Positions 1 through 13,410 are shown, numbered from the stretch's first letter. The stretch: 64,000 nt of DNA from Bugula neritina (GCA_964035545.1 OZ037767.1:7822581-7886580), one strand, 5' to 3'. Program-made: numbers and translations. The notes: generated by a model not told the origin, from the sequence alone.

Positions 1-290
1 TTATAAGCCACAGTTGTCTTCCCTCAATAAGCGCTATGACTTTTTATCCATATGCAGACATAGTAGTAAATTTCTACTCAAGAATGCTGTAACATAGCCA
101 ATTAATTCCAATGCTACCTCTTTGTTATATTTTTGATCTTCTAGCTTTAATCTGTGTATATTTACGTATTACATTATTTATAGTTGTAAGCAATCATAGT
201 GGCTAATTTATCTGACGAGTGCACATCGTTCTTGTGTACGAAACTACTAGTAATAAATGCCATTATATTAATCAAATCTCATTTTATTTC

Positions 291-295
<5 letters not shown>

Positions 296-375
<80 letters not shown>
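296..375. repeat. (TA)n microsatellite
   Basis: About 40 TA units; source of the spurious IYIY ORFs 199..426 and 279..488. Confidence 0.97.
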
Positions 376-379
<4 letters not shown>

Positions 380-699
380 GTGTGTATATGTATGTATGTA
401 GGAGTGCATTAGGAGTGAGCAAGTGAGGGGGTGCTAATAGAAGGGTAGAGCATAACGGGAAGCATACTGAAAGCATAGAACCAATCAAGTGGCAGCATCA
501 TAAAATACATTGATTTATTCATATATTTACTCATGAGAAAAAGATGCAAACATGGATTCTTTGAGAAACAACATTTTTTAGAAATAAACCCACAAGTTAT
601 AATTGTAATAATGTTCTTTTCCTATTTACTAGATTTCTATTTACTAGATCTATTGTGCTTTTAAATCCTAACTGTTTACCGGTTTTTTTGAAAAATTAA

Positions 700-1545
700 A
701 CCAGTTCAATCAATCTTACAAAATAGGTATAATTTTTACTGATATCCAAATAAATTTACATGTTGTGAAAATGATTGCAGGTAAAATGTAAACAACTTTA
801 GTTTTTTTATGACTTTATCTATGTTTCAGTAACTGTACAAAGTATAGTTTAAAATATGAGCAAAAATCAAAATTTTTCCATGAAGGAACAATATACAAAC
901 GTTCAGTTTTTAAAAAAACGTAATACATACCAACATCTTTAAAATGAAACCATTTTTAAAAAAAAATTATCTATACCCACATTGAGTTTTCTCCTCATGA
1001 AATAGCGCTCAATTTGAAAATTTTAGGATTTCAGCACATAATTGTGATGAAAATTAAGCCAGTAAACAGCTGAAACCTTTTTAATGTATTGTATATAATA
1101 TAGTTGTTAGGGGCTAAAAATATCAAGATCATAGCTATTTGTAAAAGGTGAGTTTTAAGTGCCTGAAAATTGATGATTTTGAAGAACCGCCAAATTATTG
1201 GCCTAAAAACGTAATGCATCAGAAAATTTTTCTCAACACTTATGGCAGATTTGATGTTTTGATTTAAATAAAATTAAATAGAACTATCATTTACAAAAGT
1301 ATGAAAGGTTTGTCTTAAATTGCCTCCGAGATATAAATTCATGGAGGTGACCTACGGAACGAAAAACCATGAAAAAAGTACCGATTTTTTACTAACCTTT
1401 GCTCACAAAAAGTGCCATCACTACAAAGCTATTAGGAATTAAGGGCTAATATTTGATGTATTTTTATTTGACATGTCCTGGAATACTCTAGAAAAAACTT
1501 AAAAAAATCTGAAGTGGGGTCGGTTTTGGCCTTGTTGCAAGTCTA
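700..1545. mobile_element. Probable DNA-transposon terminal region (possibly Academ-like) truncating the 3' end of Gypsy-1
   Basis: Gypsy-like sequence stops abruptly at about 1546. The minus strand then reads TAGACTTGCAACAAGGCCAAAACCGACCCCACTTCAG, resembling a TIR start. The partner end was not found and the left boundary is a guess. Confidence 0.3.
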
Positions 1546-2325
1546 CTCTCAACTGCATCAGCGTAAAAAAAGACTGGAAAATGTGGTTGTGGCACGTGAC
1601 TGGGGCATCTCACAACCAGCAAAATAATTTCACTCGTCGTTCCGCCCATGTAAAAGTCCGTTTTTACATTGAGCCCACAACTCCTGTAATTGACTGATGG
1701 TTCTTCCGTATAGCACCCCGCTGGACTTACATACTCGCCGCTTTGAACGCAGTTACATATGAAGTTTTATAGGTATGGGGGGGGGTTGCCTGGTACGTTG
1801 TCCTCGTTCTAAGGAAGGCCATGAAGTCTCCAGCGGCCTATCAAGTTCCACTGGTAGAACTTCCAGCTTGTTAAAGGCTGGCTCATCTCTAACTCTTCCG
1901 AATGAAGCCCCATCCTCTGTGGAGGTTTCCACTTCTGAGCCAAGCCCGAGCCCCTGAAGTGACGGTGGCCGACCTGGCCCTGGCGCCGGAGGCGGTGGAC
2001 TCACCTCCGTTGGGAGAAGCGGTCATTCGTCTCTCACCAGATCCTTCTCCCACGACACGACCATCTCACATCCGGGTTCATGCCGCCGTTGCCCGCACGT
2101 TGCTGTCTGCCTTCGGGGCTCTAAAAAAGGTGGAGTGTGTCTTTCCCACCACCTCAGGGCTGGTCCAATGCGGCTTCAAGCGAGCCTCATTTTAAATGAA
2201 CACTTGTCTTGAGCGCTCAACCTTGTAGGTATGGTTTGGCATCGCCTCGACTACTACGTAGGGCCAATGAATTTAGGCAGTAGTTTAGCCGCCTGTCCGC
2301 GACGCCTATGGTGGTTGACCATCCA

Positions 2326-3081
2326 CACAGGATAGTTAAGGGCAACCTTTTAGCTGCAACTGCCTTGCTGAGGTTTGCATTGTAATCATATAAGAATTCA
2401 GTACCAGTAAAATAAAATCTCACCTAATTGTGCTAGAGTCAAAATTTAAAAACTATGTTGTAGATCTTCTTTTTCTCCAGTGTAAGTTTTTTGGATATTT
2501 CAATTTTCATTTTTTTTGCGAAGTTATAGACAAAAAACTGCCGAATTTTGGCCAATTTTGCCTGAAAAGCTGACTTTTCAGTACCAGTAAAATATCTCAG
2601 CAGCAAAGCATGATATCTGAATAAAAATTGCACTGCTGGAATCCTGAGATATTTCTCCAGTGTAAGTTTTTTTCTTTCTTTAATAACTCTGCTAGATTGC
2701 TCATAAATTGGTGATTTATACACTGAAAATGCCATATTTTCTCATAAGAAACTAGCAGCGCGCAGCGCTTCACGCTTCACTGAGCACGTAGGGATGAGAA
2801 GATATTGGCGCCTACATAATAATTACAGGCTAGCTAGCTGGCAGGCTATAATGAATAGCTTGCTTTGTACTTTGTTTATGTAGCACCAATAATGGAATGT
2901 TGATAGATAACGCAGCCCTAACGGAGGTTGCTGCTTATTGGTTGTAGTTTAATCTTAGGCTAAACAATTACAAGTAGGCAACACGCATGCCACCCGCAGA
3001 GCAATATTATTCAAGAACCCGAACTACATTTTGAGAGAAATTTATGATATTCTTAGTGAGGATGCCCTTAACTATCCTGTG
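2326..3081. mobile_element. Non-autonomous TIR element (MITE, 756 bp), CMC/EnSpm-like, inserted in the Gypsy-1 integrase
   Basis: 19-bp TIR CACAGGATAGTTAAGGGCA / TGCCCTTAACTATCCTGTG with 2-bp TSD CA (2324-25, 3082-83). Removing it restores integrase DWVWMV. Confidence 0.9.
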
Positions 3082-6000
3082 CATACCCAGTCTCTTACTT
3101 GATAGAGGGGTGGTTCTTCTGAGTCTTCACCCCACACCTTCAACTGCTTCTCTCGCAGCATTTTGTGTGCGGTCCTCATTCGTTCCACTAACTCACTGAC
3201 ATGCTCGTGAACTAAATTATTCTGCTCAGGGACATGGTAAGTAAGATGGTCGAAGACCCGAGTCTTTTGACCAAGCATCAGGATATTGGGGGTTTCACCA
3301 GTACTGGTGTGTGGGATATTTCGATAGGCACGCATGACTAGCGGCAGAACTGTATCCCATTCATCCTGACTGCGGCGAAAGAGCGGACTCCAGAGGGCAT
3401 TACCTAGCATTCAGTTATCGCGCTTCACCACCACGTTGCCTTGTGGATGGTAGGGGTTGGTCATGCTCTAATTTACTCCCCAGAGGCAACAGAAGTCACT
3501 CATTAGCTGAGACTAAAATTGAGCACCTTGGTCTGAGTTTATCTGTTCGGGAAAACTGAAATAACAGAACACATTTTGATCCAGCACCAGGGCCGCCGTT
3601 GGAGCTGACGCATCTTGAACAGCTAGGGCGCTGGCTCACCTGGTTGAGTGGTTAGTCAACACTAGGATCTAGCTGTTGCCTCTAAGAGTTGGAGGCATGA
3701 GTCCGACCAGGTCGACATCTACCACCTGCCACGGCCGTCCAACGTATAACCTTCGTTGTTCCACTTCACCAGGGTGATGACAATGTTTACTGGCCAGGCA
3801 GATTTCGCACTGTCTTGCTCTGAGTCGCGCGTCACATCCCATCTTGGGCCAATACCACCGGAGTTGCAACTTGGTGATCACCTTCTGGACTCTTGCGTGA
3901 GCCTGTTTGTGAGTGTCCCAAATTAACTCACGGAGTATGGCAGTAGGACAGACCACCCTCTTCCTCTCTGGGTGTCTGCCACTGGCAGCTAGAGAAATGA
4001 TCAGCAGAGCATCCTGCCTGATCCTCAGCGAGTCCCAACGCTGGCAGAATAGCCGAAACTCGGCGTATCCCTGCCGTAGTTGTTCTTCGCTCGGTAATCG
4101 CCCTTCCTTTTTGGCCCGATATATGTCTGCGACTGCTCCAGGTGACTCTTCCTAGAGCTTCTTCAGCTCCCGTACATTTTCGGCCAAAACAGGGTTGGTG
4201 CGGAGGTTTTGTACAACCTCCAGCGACTCGTGCACCTTCTGTTGGAGTTGACCCTGGTCCCAGTCAAACAGTGCTCCGGGGTGAGCCAGCGTCTCTAATT
4301 TACATTGTGGGGGACCTCCGTTTCTTTTTTGATGTTGAGACACTGCTTGCAACCTCCATCAGGTCGGCGGCTCAAACTATCCGCATTGCCGTGCTTCCTG
4401 CCCGGCCGGTGTTCGATCCGGTAGGAGAGCTCAGCTAGGATTTTGAGCCACTGGGCGACCTAACTGGACGGTTCCGCCCTCTTGCCCAACCAAATCAGGG
4501 AGGCATGATCCGTCTGCAGCCCGTACTTCCTGCCGTGCAGGTATGGTCTGAAGTACTTCACTGACTTGATTACTGCCAGCGACTCCTTGCAGGTAGTGCA
4601 GTAATTTCGTTCAGTGGGTGAGAGAGACTTGGTGTAGTAAGCTACTATTACCTCTCGGCCTTCCTGCACTTGAGACAGCACAGCGCCAATATTTGGTCAC
4701 TGGCGTCTGTGTCGAGGATATGCTCCAGAGTCGGATCTGGGTAGGCCAAGATGGGTGCTGTCAGTAGGCAAGCCTTGAGGCGGTCGAACGCTCCTTGTTT
4801 GACCGGGGTCCACTGCCACGTCACTCCTTTTGCGGTGAGCCGGTTTAACGGCTGTCCTATCCCCGCAAAGTGTGGTATGTATTGTCTGTAATACCCTACC
4901 AGACCCAAGAAAGCCCGGAGTCCGGTCAAGTCTTTGGGGGTGACCCAGTCCTCTATCGCCCGTACCTTCTCGGGATTCGTTGCCACGCCGTTTCGACCGA
5001 CACTGTGCCCTAGGTACTTGACCTCTGGCTGCAATAGAGCGCACTTGGAAAATTTTAATTTCATACCGGCACCTCTGAGTCTTTCGAAAACCTCCCGCAG
5101 ATGACTGGCGTGTCTCAAAGTCTGGGGAGATCACGATGACATCATCGAGGTAGACCAGCAGTGTTTTCCAGTGGAGTTCCTGAGGACTTGCTCCATCAGC
5201 CTCTGAAGGTGGCCGGGGCAGAAGTTAACCTGAAGGGCAGCACCTTCCACTTCCACAGTCCGTCCCGTGTGATAAACGCCGCCTTCTCCTGGGCATCGGG
5301 ACTCAAAAGAACCTGCCAGTAACCGCTCAACAAATCTAACGTATTGAAGTACTTGCTGCCGGCTAGGGCTTCCAGTGATTCATCTATACGAGGTAGAGAG
5401 TAGGCGTCCTGTATGGTCACGCTATTGAGCTTGCGGTAGTCCACACAGAACCGCCAAATGCTGTCTTTCTTCCGGGCGAATACGACCGGCGAGCTCTATG
5501 CACTGTGGGCTGGCTCGATGAGGCTGCGGTTCAGAAGATCCCGAAATTGTCGGCTGACCTTCTTTTCCGGCCTCAATCTGCAGGTGGGTTGCCGAATAGG
5601 GACTGTCTCTGCAGTCAGCGGTATCTCGTGTCTGACAGCTTCAGTCAGTCCCACGTTGTGATCTCCGCCACTGAACGCATCACCGTAGTGGCGTAGCAAC
5701 TTTGCCATAGCCTGGCGTTCCTCGTTGCTCGCACAGCCACCACAAGCTGTCTCATATTACTCTCGGATGTGTGTTGGGACAGCCCCTCGCCCTCTTTTAG
5801 GGTGTCGAGCGAGTTCCTCCTTCGCATCTCCCAGCGTCAGGCCCACGTCTTCCTCTTGGACGTAGTGAAACGGGCGCAGCATAAACCCAGCTGGTAGCTT
5901 GATGGACTCAGTGAAGGGGTTTACAGACTGCACCAAGATCTCTCCTCGCTCAATCAGTTGATTTAAACTGCTGGCAAGTTGGATTCTTTCGTGCGCGACT

Positions 6001-7747
6001 TCAACTACCCCAAGTCCAGAGATCCGGTTATTGTTCACTCGGCAGTGGATACTGGCCCGAGAGCGCCCCGGTACAGTGCAGTTCTGGACTACCTGGACAC
6101 CGCCCACTAGAGGACGCCGGGACTTATTCACACAGGCGAGTTCTCGCCCGCCCATCAGCACTGCCGACTTACTAAAGTCTATGCGGCATTGGTGCCGTTT
6201 CAAGAAGGGCATTCCAAAGATAGCATCTTCCTTTAGTTGGCTTATGACGAAGGTCTCCTGTACAGCCTGGTCTCGGACACGCCCAGTGAGTTTGATAATA
6301 CAGTGGAAGGGAATACACGACCCATCTGCTATGGTACCATGTTCTCCCGTATACGGTCGCACTTTGGCCCTGTCTTGGCGGGGCAGTGTCTCGAAGACCC
6401 TAAGACTGAGAAGGTTCGTGGTACAGCCGGAGTCTAGCAGGAAAGTGAAAGCCTTACCCGCCACTTTTCCCGGTAGGAAATAGCTATCTCCGTGTGGTTG
6501 ATCTTTCACCCCCTCGCATGCTCAGCTCTACCTAGGTAGGGCTGCAGAGTTTTGCCCATGGTTTACGGGGCCTCCGGCGACGTGGTTTGCGCCTGAGCGG
6601 CCCTGAGCCTCCCACTGGGCCTTCCAGCTCTACATCAGTGGTGGGCTTCGCTTCCTCGGATAACCGATTGAACCGGTTAGCGAGTGGCAGGAAAAAGGTA
6701 CCTGGCCGTGTGGTGGTCGGCTGGTCCTGTGTGGTACCTGCCACCCATGGGAAGCATACCGTCGCGTCTGTACAGATGGTCGGCGGCGTGTCCCGTCATG
6801 TTCCTTCAGTCTCGGCCGGCGGAGAAGAAAGGCGTCCGCGGGCCGTGACAGTCTAACGCCCTTTGATCCTGGGGCGTCCTCTCTGAGCTGGTGGTTCTGA
6901 CCACCACCTCCCCAGCTCGGCATCGTAGATGCCATAGGCAACTGCGGGGCCTAGCTGGGGCCGGCGTGAGCGAGAATCGCTATCAGCTGTTCCAGTATCC
7001 CGGTCATGCGGTTTACCTCCGCGTCCAAGGGGGGACCTTCGGAACCATTGTGGCCTGAGAGAGAGATTGTGGTGCCGCGTATCCTTCTGCGGCGATAACT
7101 CCAACTGGTGGTGGGTTTTCTTGTCTGCTATGTAGTTGGGTAGCCAATAGGTGAGCCTCTCTATCTTTTAGGGCGTCCTCCATCTTGGTTACTCCTTTGG
7201 CTTGCAATTGGTAGTGTAGACCCAAGTCGTTCAACGACCGAACAAAAGCATCATAGGTATAATAGCGCTCTTGGTGTTGCTCTGGTAAGTCGCCGTATGC
7301 GAACTGTGCCAGTCTCTTTACCGTAGCAGCATGCTCTTGTAGCGAGGTCTGCGGAGTGTGGCATAACCTCTGTAAGCGGGCCCTGGCGTCTACTACGGAG
7401 ATGCCGAAACGGGCCCATAGCGTAGCAAAGATCCCGTCTAGGTTAGTTCCTAGCCCATACGGCTTGGCCTGCTCTGTCAATGCTCTGAGTAGTTGGATAA
7501 GGGCCACTCTAGGTGGCTATTGAGCGAGGTCTATTTTCTCTCTAAATTCTTGTATAAATTGTTCCACATTTTCTGACCCAGTAAAGGTGGGGGCTTTCAA
7601 TCGGTACCGATAGGCCTCTTCTCCTTGTAACACTGGGCCCTCTGGGGTTATTGTAATATTAGGCTCACCTTCTCTTTGTCTAGCTGATTCTCTCGCCATC
7701 TTTGTCGTGGTCGTCAGTTAGGTTGCATCTGTGCTAATATACAGTAA

Positions 7748-7766
7748 TCCCACTGCTGCCACCACT
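7748..7766 (-). promoter_or_regulatory. Primer-binding site complementary to the tRNA-Leu 3' end
   Basis: TGGTGGCAGCAGTGGGATT 1 nt after the LTR end; matches the ...ATCCCAC(C/T)GCTGCCA-CCA end of tRNA-Leu. Confidence 0.85.
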
Positions 7767-7767
7767 G

Positions 7768-8076
7768 TTATAATTTTCGCAATTATATTAGGTATGGGGA
7801 TTCGTGTATGTTGTAGTTATCAAGGTTGCATGGTTAGACACCAGACGAAGAATCGAGATAGAAGAAGGTTTATTTAATACACACTTACAGAATAAAAGTA
7901 ATACAAGTTAAATACACACGTAGACATAAAACTCTCTTATCGTAATCAGCATCACGCTCTAACTGTGCACACTAACGTTATTGTCTGGAACCTAGTTACT
8001 AAACCGAGAAAAGTCATGTGTCTAAAAGATAATTGGCTAGAGAGCACATGGCCCTACGCCTCGCTGCTCACTACAA
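7768..8076 (-). repeat. 5' LTR of Gypsy-1 (about 310 bp, TGTAGT...TAACA)
   Basis: TG...CA termini on the minus strand, an internal AATAAA, and the PBS immediately downstream. Confidence 0.8.
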
Positions 8077-8399
8077 TATTGTCTGCAGTTATGTAAGTGT
8101 TTTTCTGATGTTGTAGAGTTTTACTTTTGTATATTGGATTTAAATAAAGCATATAATTAACTTTAACTTGACAATTAGTTAATGCACAGTCTCACAACAA
8201 TGCAGCTTTGTTATATTATTGCGCTGTTGAATGTGGATTATTATGTGATTTCAAATTTCATGCTGCCTAATTAGGCATAATAAAAAAAATCAAATTCCAA
8301 TTGGTAAAAATTGAATAGTTTCTAGACTTTCTACATAGAAAGCTTTTAGACTAGAGCCAGCAAAATATAAAGCAATATAAAAAGGCTATTTGCATAAAT

Positions 8400-8484
8400 T
8401 GCCATCTTATAGTAATCTGCATGAGTTGCTAAATACTTGTTGTTGTTCAAGTATTTAGCAACTCATGCAAATTACTAGATGGCA
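8400..8484. repeat. Inverted repeat / hairpin (22-bp perfect core, 8-nt loop)
   Basis: tgcatgagttgctaaatacttg (8418-8439) and caagtatttagcaactcatgca (8448-8469), with imperfect outward extension. Confidence 0.9.
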
Positions 8485-8917
8485 CTTGTTCAACCTTGAA
8501 TAATGCCAACTAATACTATTGCTTTGTTGTACTTTTACAAACACTTGTGTAGTGTTTATATTATTTACCAGTTTTGAAAAAGAAGTCTTTTACAAAATTG
8601 ACTGTAAGGCATGGTGATATTTCTCACAATTGGAAATTTTTTGAGAAGTTATAATTATATTTCTATGTTTACCAATAAAACTAATTGATACAATATTTTA
8701 TATTTTGAACCATTCATTTTTATACAAATTGATTCTCTGAGTTAGATTACTGCCAGCAATTATAAAATTGTTCACAAAGGTACTAAGCTTCCTTACATTG
8801 GTTCAATTGCTCAACACAATGTTCACATTGTGGTAAACTTTCTAGTTACTGACACATGTCATTACATTAATTCTATACCAAGAAAAAGAAATAATCTGAT
8901 AAACTGCACAACTTACA

Positions 8918-10043
8918 GTCCTGTTCATACACTTCTACTTCAGCCAATGAAAGAGCTTCTGTGTGAACACTGTATACAGCCACATGTCTAACAAAAACAT
9001 CAGCTTCTAAGATAAGATTTGCTTCAGCTCCGTATGGTTTATCTCTGTATGATCTGGTCATCCAGGTACTGGCCTTGGCTAGAGTCGGCTCCCCTGGTAT
9101 ATCTTCAGCAGACGTGAGGATGTAAATCTTCTGAAGCCTGTGACCTAAAGTTATAAAAATGATCTCATAACAATTCTGCATAATATGCGTAAAAAGCAAA
9201 CAAAGCATCAATTGGCAAAATTTGAATTTCTGTAACTTACAACTTGTTACCTTAACAGATTAAACTAAAATTTGCTTTGATGAAAATCACACAGTAGCAA
9301 CATATTATACTTTCTTGATATACTCATATACATACACTGGCGGCAGTTATTATCCTGTCTGTTCCATATATTGATCCTGCTGACATGAAACTTCTCCTCC
9401 AAATCTACCATCCACCATTTCTCAACAGGCACGCGTGAAGTGTGAGTGAAATCATCAATTTTTCCATTGACCGCATTTTTTGCCTCATACATTCCATACA
9501 TGGTTGATTGACGACATGGTTTGTTTAGAGCTAAATTATCTACAAATATATTCTATTAGAATACTAATTCTAATCAGAAACTGTTCCATATGATGCACCA
9601 TTATTTTATTGAAGCCAATGAAGACAATGCCTAATATGATGCTACCTGCGATACACATTATTTAATAAAATATGTTGTGAATAAAAAAATTGCGTTTTCT
9701 GTCTTGAACAAAAAGTTTTCCAGTCGATTAATAACAACTTTTAAAAACACAAACTTTTTTATATACTGCAAATCATAAAATATTTGAAAAAGTTAGTAGC
9801 GACTCAATCGGTATTTTGTATGTGCTGACACTGGTGCAACCACTCATCAGTATTTAAAAAACACAACCTAACTGGCTCAATTATTACACCTAAATAATTA
9901 CACATAATTTTATAATGAAGCACTCAATTATAAAAATAAATGCCTAAAACACTGTACCATGCATTACCTTGAGCAGTGCTGACTGAAAGACATACTGAGT
10001 ACATCACAATCAGCAACCAGAGTTTTTCCACGCCAACCTTCAT
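8918..10043 (-). CDS. Gene C, exons 1-3: signal peptide and first F-type lectin domain; paralog of gene B; remainder outside the window or lost
   Basis: Exons 9968-10043 ([25 protein letters not shown]), 9336-9539 (NLALNKP...FTHT...WWMVDL...NRQD) and 8918-9144 (HRLQK...LSLAEVEVY). Phases are compatible and the introns also match gene B. Confidence 0.85.
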
Positions 10044-13000
10044 TCTCCCATCTGTACTCTGTTAACATTCAGTGCAAAATAAACTAACAGAGGAAGAAGA
10101 AGGAAGTTAGTTTGTAAAAACATTTACGTAAGTAAATCTATTTATTAGATTCCTACATAATAAAGGGGGTGTTTTATTTAACCATTGTTACAAAGCAAGA
10201 ATATGTTTAAATAGGTAAAAGGTTTTTGAATGCACTAAGCTCATTCATTCTTTTACTACTCAATTGTATGAGTTGCCTGTATTAAATAAATACAATCTTC
10301 ACAATTCTATACAATCACTTTCTCTTTTATTTCTAAACTTGCTCTCTGTAATGCAAGCATAGTAACTCAAGCATATGTGCCAACTAGTCATAACAGGTTT
10401 TAGTAGCTAGTGTTGTTTCACATGAAACAGAGTCTACAGCAGTAGAATCTAAACTAACTAATTATTTCCAGGATTCATCAATACCATATATTCACCCAAA
10501 TACTCTAATTTATGACTACTGAGTAAAGTTATCCTGTTTTTTCAAAAGTACACTGGTGTTTAGAGTAATAAAAAAACTTCTTGGCATCTCATTACTAGTA
10601 GCTCTAGTAAAAGTAGATTTTAAATGCCCCAACAGTAAACACAACAACCACCAATGACCTCATTGACCCCATTAAAGTTCCTGTTTATGCCTTGCATTGG
10701 TGGCATTACTCATCTACTTTGCACTGATTGTTAGATCTGTAGTTATGTGAGAGTGGTTTGGGTGACTAGCCCATGTTTTTGCCCCACATTTTCCGCCACA
10801 ATATTGTGGTGAGGTGATACAGGAAATGTTCAAATCTACTAAAATCTAAATAAAATCATATGACACTGAACGCATGTTAACAAAAGTAGCAGCAGTGTCA
10901 TTAATTTTGTTTTTCGCTGTTTTGCAGCTAAATGTGCCTAGGGGCGCTACCTCAATCAATTAAAACTAATTAATTTTGTACACTATTACACAAACTCAAT
11001 CAAAATTCCTAAGGGAAGTCTCAATTGCAAATAATTTTCATAAAATGAAGTTTGTTGACACCATAAATTAGGATGTTCCATAAGGAACAGTTGTGCAAGC
11101 ATGCGCGTATGTGTGCGTACATGTGTGCCTGTTATTTATATTCTTCAACGCAATTGGATGCCTAATGACAATTGAAGCGTGGAAAGACAAGGGTATATAG
11201 TTTAACTAATCAGTCATTTAGGCTTATAAGGCAAAAATGAGTTGCTTCAGAGCTGATGCGTATTATAAATATCTATACCAAAGTGCTTGTTCTAATAAAA
11301 GTAGCTGTTAAAGTTCAATACTTTGCTATGAGCATTCCTGCAAATACTCAATTAGGTTTCACTCTCGAAATTCTAAACAAGTCCACCATTTTTAATAAGT
11401 TATTTTAAAAGGCAAGCTACCTCAAAAATATCTGAAGCAATCACAATTTACGGTCTGCGATGAAATAAAGCTAGTTTATTAATTTTATGCTAAACAGTTG
11501 AATAATAAATTTTACTATCTGGTTTCTTTTTGTAATTCAATATATCTCTAGCTTGGAGACTGAGAAATAATTTAAAAAAAATTATTTAGTGAACATTTGG
11601 CTTATCAAAAAATATTTTTGATACACAAAATTTGTTTAATATAAAATAAATTATTTCAACAATTGTTCAAGTAAATAATAAAGATAAAACTCAACCTAGG
11701 CAAAAGTGAAAAAAAACATGTTTTTATATATATAAAAATATATTTCCTAATTCTTTTTAGGCACCTGAGATTTGATATTTGTAGCAACAGAAGTTGTCTG
11801 TCCATAAAAAGCAACAAATGCAGCACCAGCCAGCCAACAAGAAATTGCTTGCTTCTAACTTCAAATAGAGAAGCTACATTTAATGCTCAATTTTTTACAA
11901 TAAAGCAAAACTGTGTCTTTTCTAAAAAAGTTGCCCAACTGATGTATATAATTGCCCTTCTCACAAAAGAATCCTTCACAGGCAAAAATATTTTTTGTCT
12001 GTATTTAAAACTAGCAGAACAAAAGCTTTGGAGTGACATAAAGCAAAAACAATTGCATCTATATTATGTCTAACCCACCCAATTTTGTATGTCAGCACCC
12101 CTGCCACACCAAAATCTGGATGGAAACTTTTGACTATTGGTTATTATTAAGCTGCATGTTTGAACTTTATTAGTAGTGAAAGCCATTGCATAAAAACACA
12201 CTTGCTAATAATAAACCACTTGCTATTAAATTCAACCAGAGGTTTGATATTATGCAAATTGATTTGAAATAATGAAAATTTATTTCTAAGTAGACCAAAG
12301 CCACAAATAAATACATTAGAATGCATACTGTGGAGCAAAAGAAATGCTACAATTATAACTAAGAATATCGGCTAATATTTTAGCAGCTGACAGCAGCTAC
12401 AAGTTTAACAATATTGTTTATTCCATCTACGTATATACACTGTAAACAGATGTTATATGTCATAGAAAAAACTTTGTTTAAATGCAATTCATTGTTGCAA
12501 ATAAATAATGTTTTCGGTCTCCAAACATTCTTGTCTCGTTACAGAGCTATAAACTAGCTTTATTTCATGTGACATATAACATGTGAATAATAAAACAGAA
12601 CGCACAACTCAAAAAATTATATTGTCTTACAGATAAAAAAATGTGTTCTCACAGTCTCTATAACGCTGTGTATAAATTTCACTAAATAAAAATTAATATT
12701 TTAGTGCAAAACTACTCTGTATAATAGATATATAAAAATAAACTGATTACCATGACCAATAGTCATATTTCTCAATCATCATAATAATAACTCAAAACCA
12801 TAAATATTATAGCTTACCTTCCACAAATAGAGTTCATGAAACTTATTATAGAGAGTAGTCAACATTTTTTTTTCTAAATATTTGAAAGATATTTAATAAT
12901 TTTAAATGTTTGTAATCAATTTTTTGAATATAAAAAATAATAAAAGCAGTGAGTATTAAAAGTGAGTTGAAAATATTAAATAGTTTGCCATCATAAAGAT

Positions 13001-13093
13001 AGAATACTAGTTAATTTGTCTTATGTAATACTTCCAGTCGGATTTGTTAGATTTAAAAATTAAAAGCCATGTTAGAATAAGTATATTGAATAT

Positions 13094-13410
13094 TTAATTA
13101 GAAACTGCAGCATAAACATGATCTGAAGCAGCTGGTTGATCTATTTGCAGAACTTCATAATTTACATGCTCCTCTTTTTCAAAAGTTGTATTTATGTAAG
13201 TGGGTTGGCAAGCAGTTGTAGCAGACATGATATTAGAAGGTACTTCATAGGCTGATCCATTGTTTCTATCATTCGCAACAGGTGTAGGGAGGCCCAAATC
13301 TTTCATTGAGGCATTCTTTTTTCTTAGCATAATAATTATGCCACCAAATACAATTGCAATCATAAAGGTCAATGATAGGGCTGCTGATAATCCAATCACA
13401 ATAAAAGAGT
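13094..13410 (-). CDS. Gene B terminal exon: TM helix and cytoplasmic tail with four tyrosine motifs
   Basis: [31 protein letters not shown], then YEVP, YINT, VNYEVL, HVYAAV and stop. Confidence 0.85.

Larger units (their letters stand above)
1546..8076 (-). mobile_element. Gypsy/Ty3 LTR retrotransposon copy 1, degenerate (frameshifts and stops), 3' LTR missing
   Basis: Minus-strand ORF fragments in order: gag (7517-7699, 7013-7507), protease FLLDSG (5757-6509), RT (DYRKLN; YLDD near 5145), RNase H (DTDAS), integrase HHCC and core (3072-3956). 5' LTR and PBS present. Confidence 0.95.

Noticed and set aside
199-488. IYIY-repeat ORFs (also the N-terminus of 38619..39077 and 38909..39190)
   Set aside because: Translations of TA microsatellites; only the embedded lectin exon and the PLE fragment are real.
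2439-2735. ORF shared by the MITE copies (also 34885..35073)
   Set aside because: No transposase motifs, and length and frame differ between copies; an incidental ORF.
3913-6856. Many plus-strand ORFs over Gypsy-1 (and minus-strand ORFs over Gypsy-2)
   Set aside because: Antisense shadows of GC-richer pol sequence, with no recognisable motifs.
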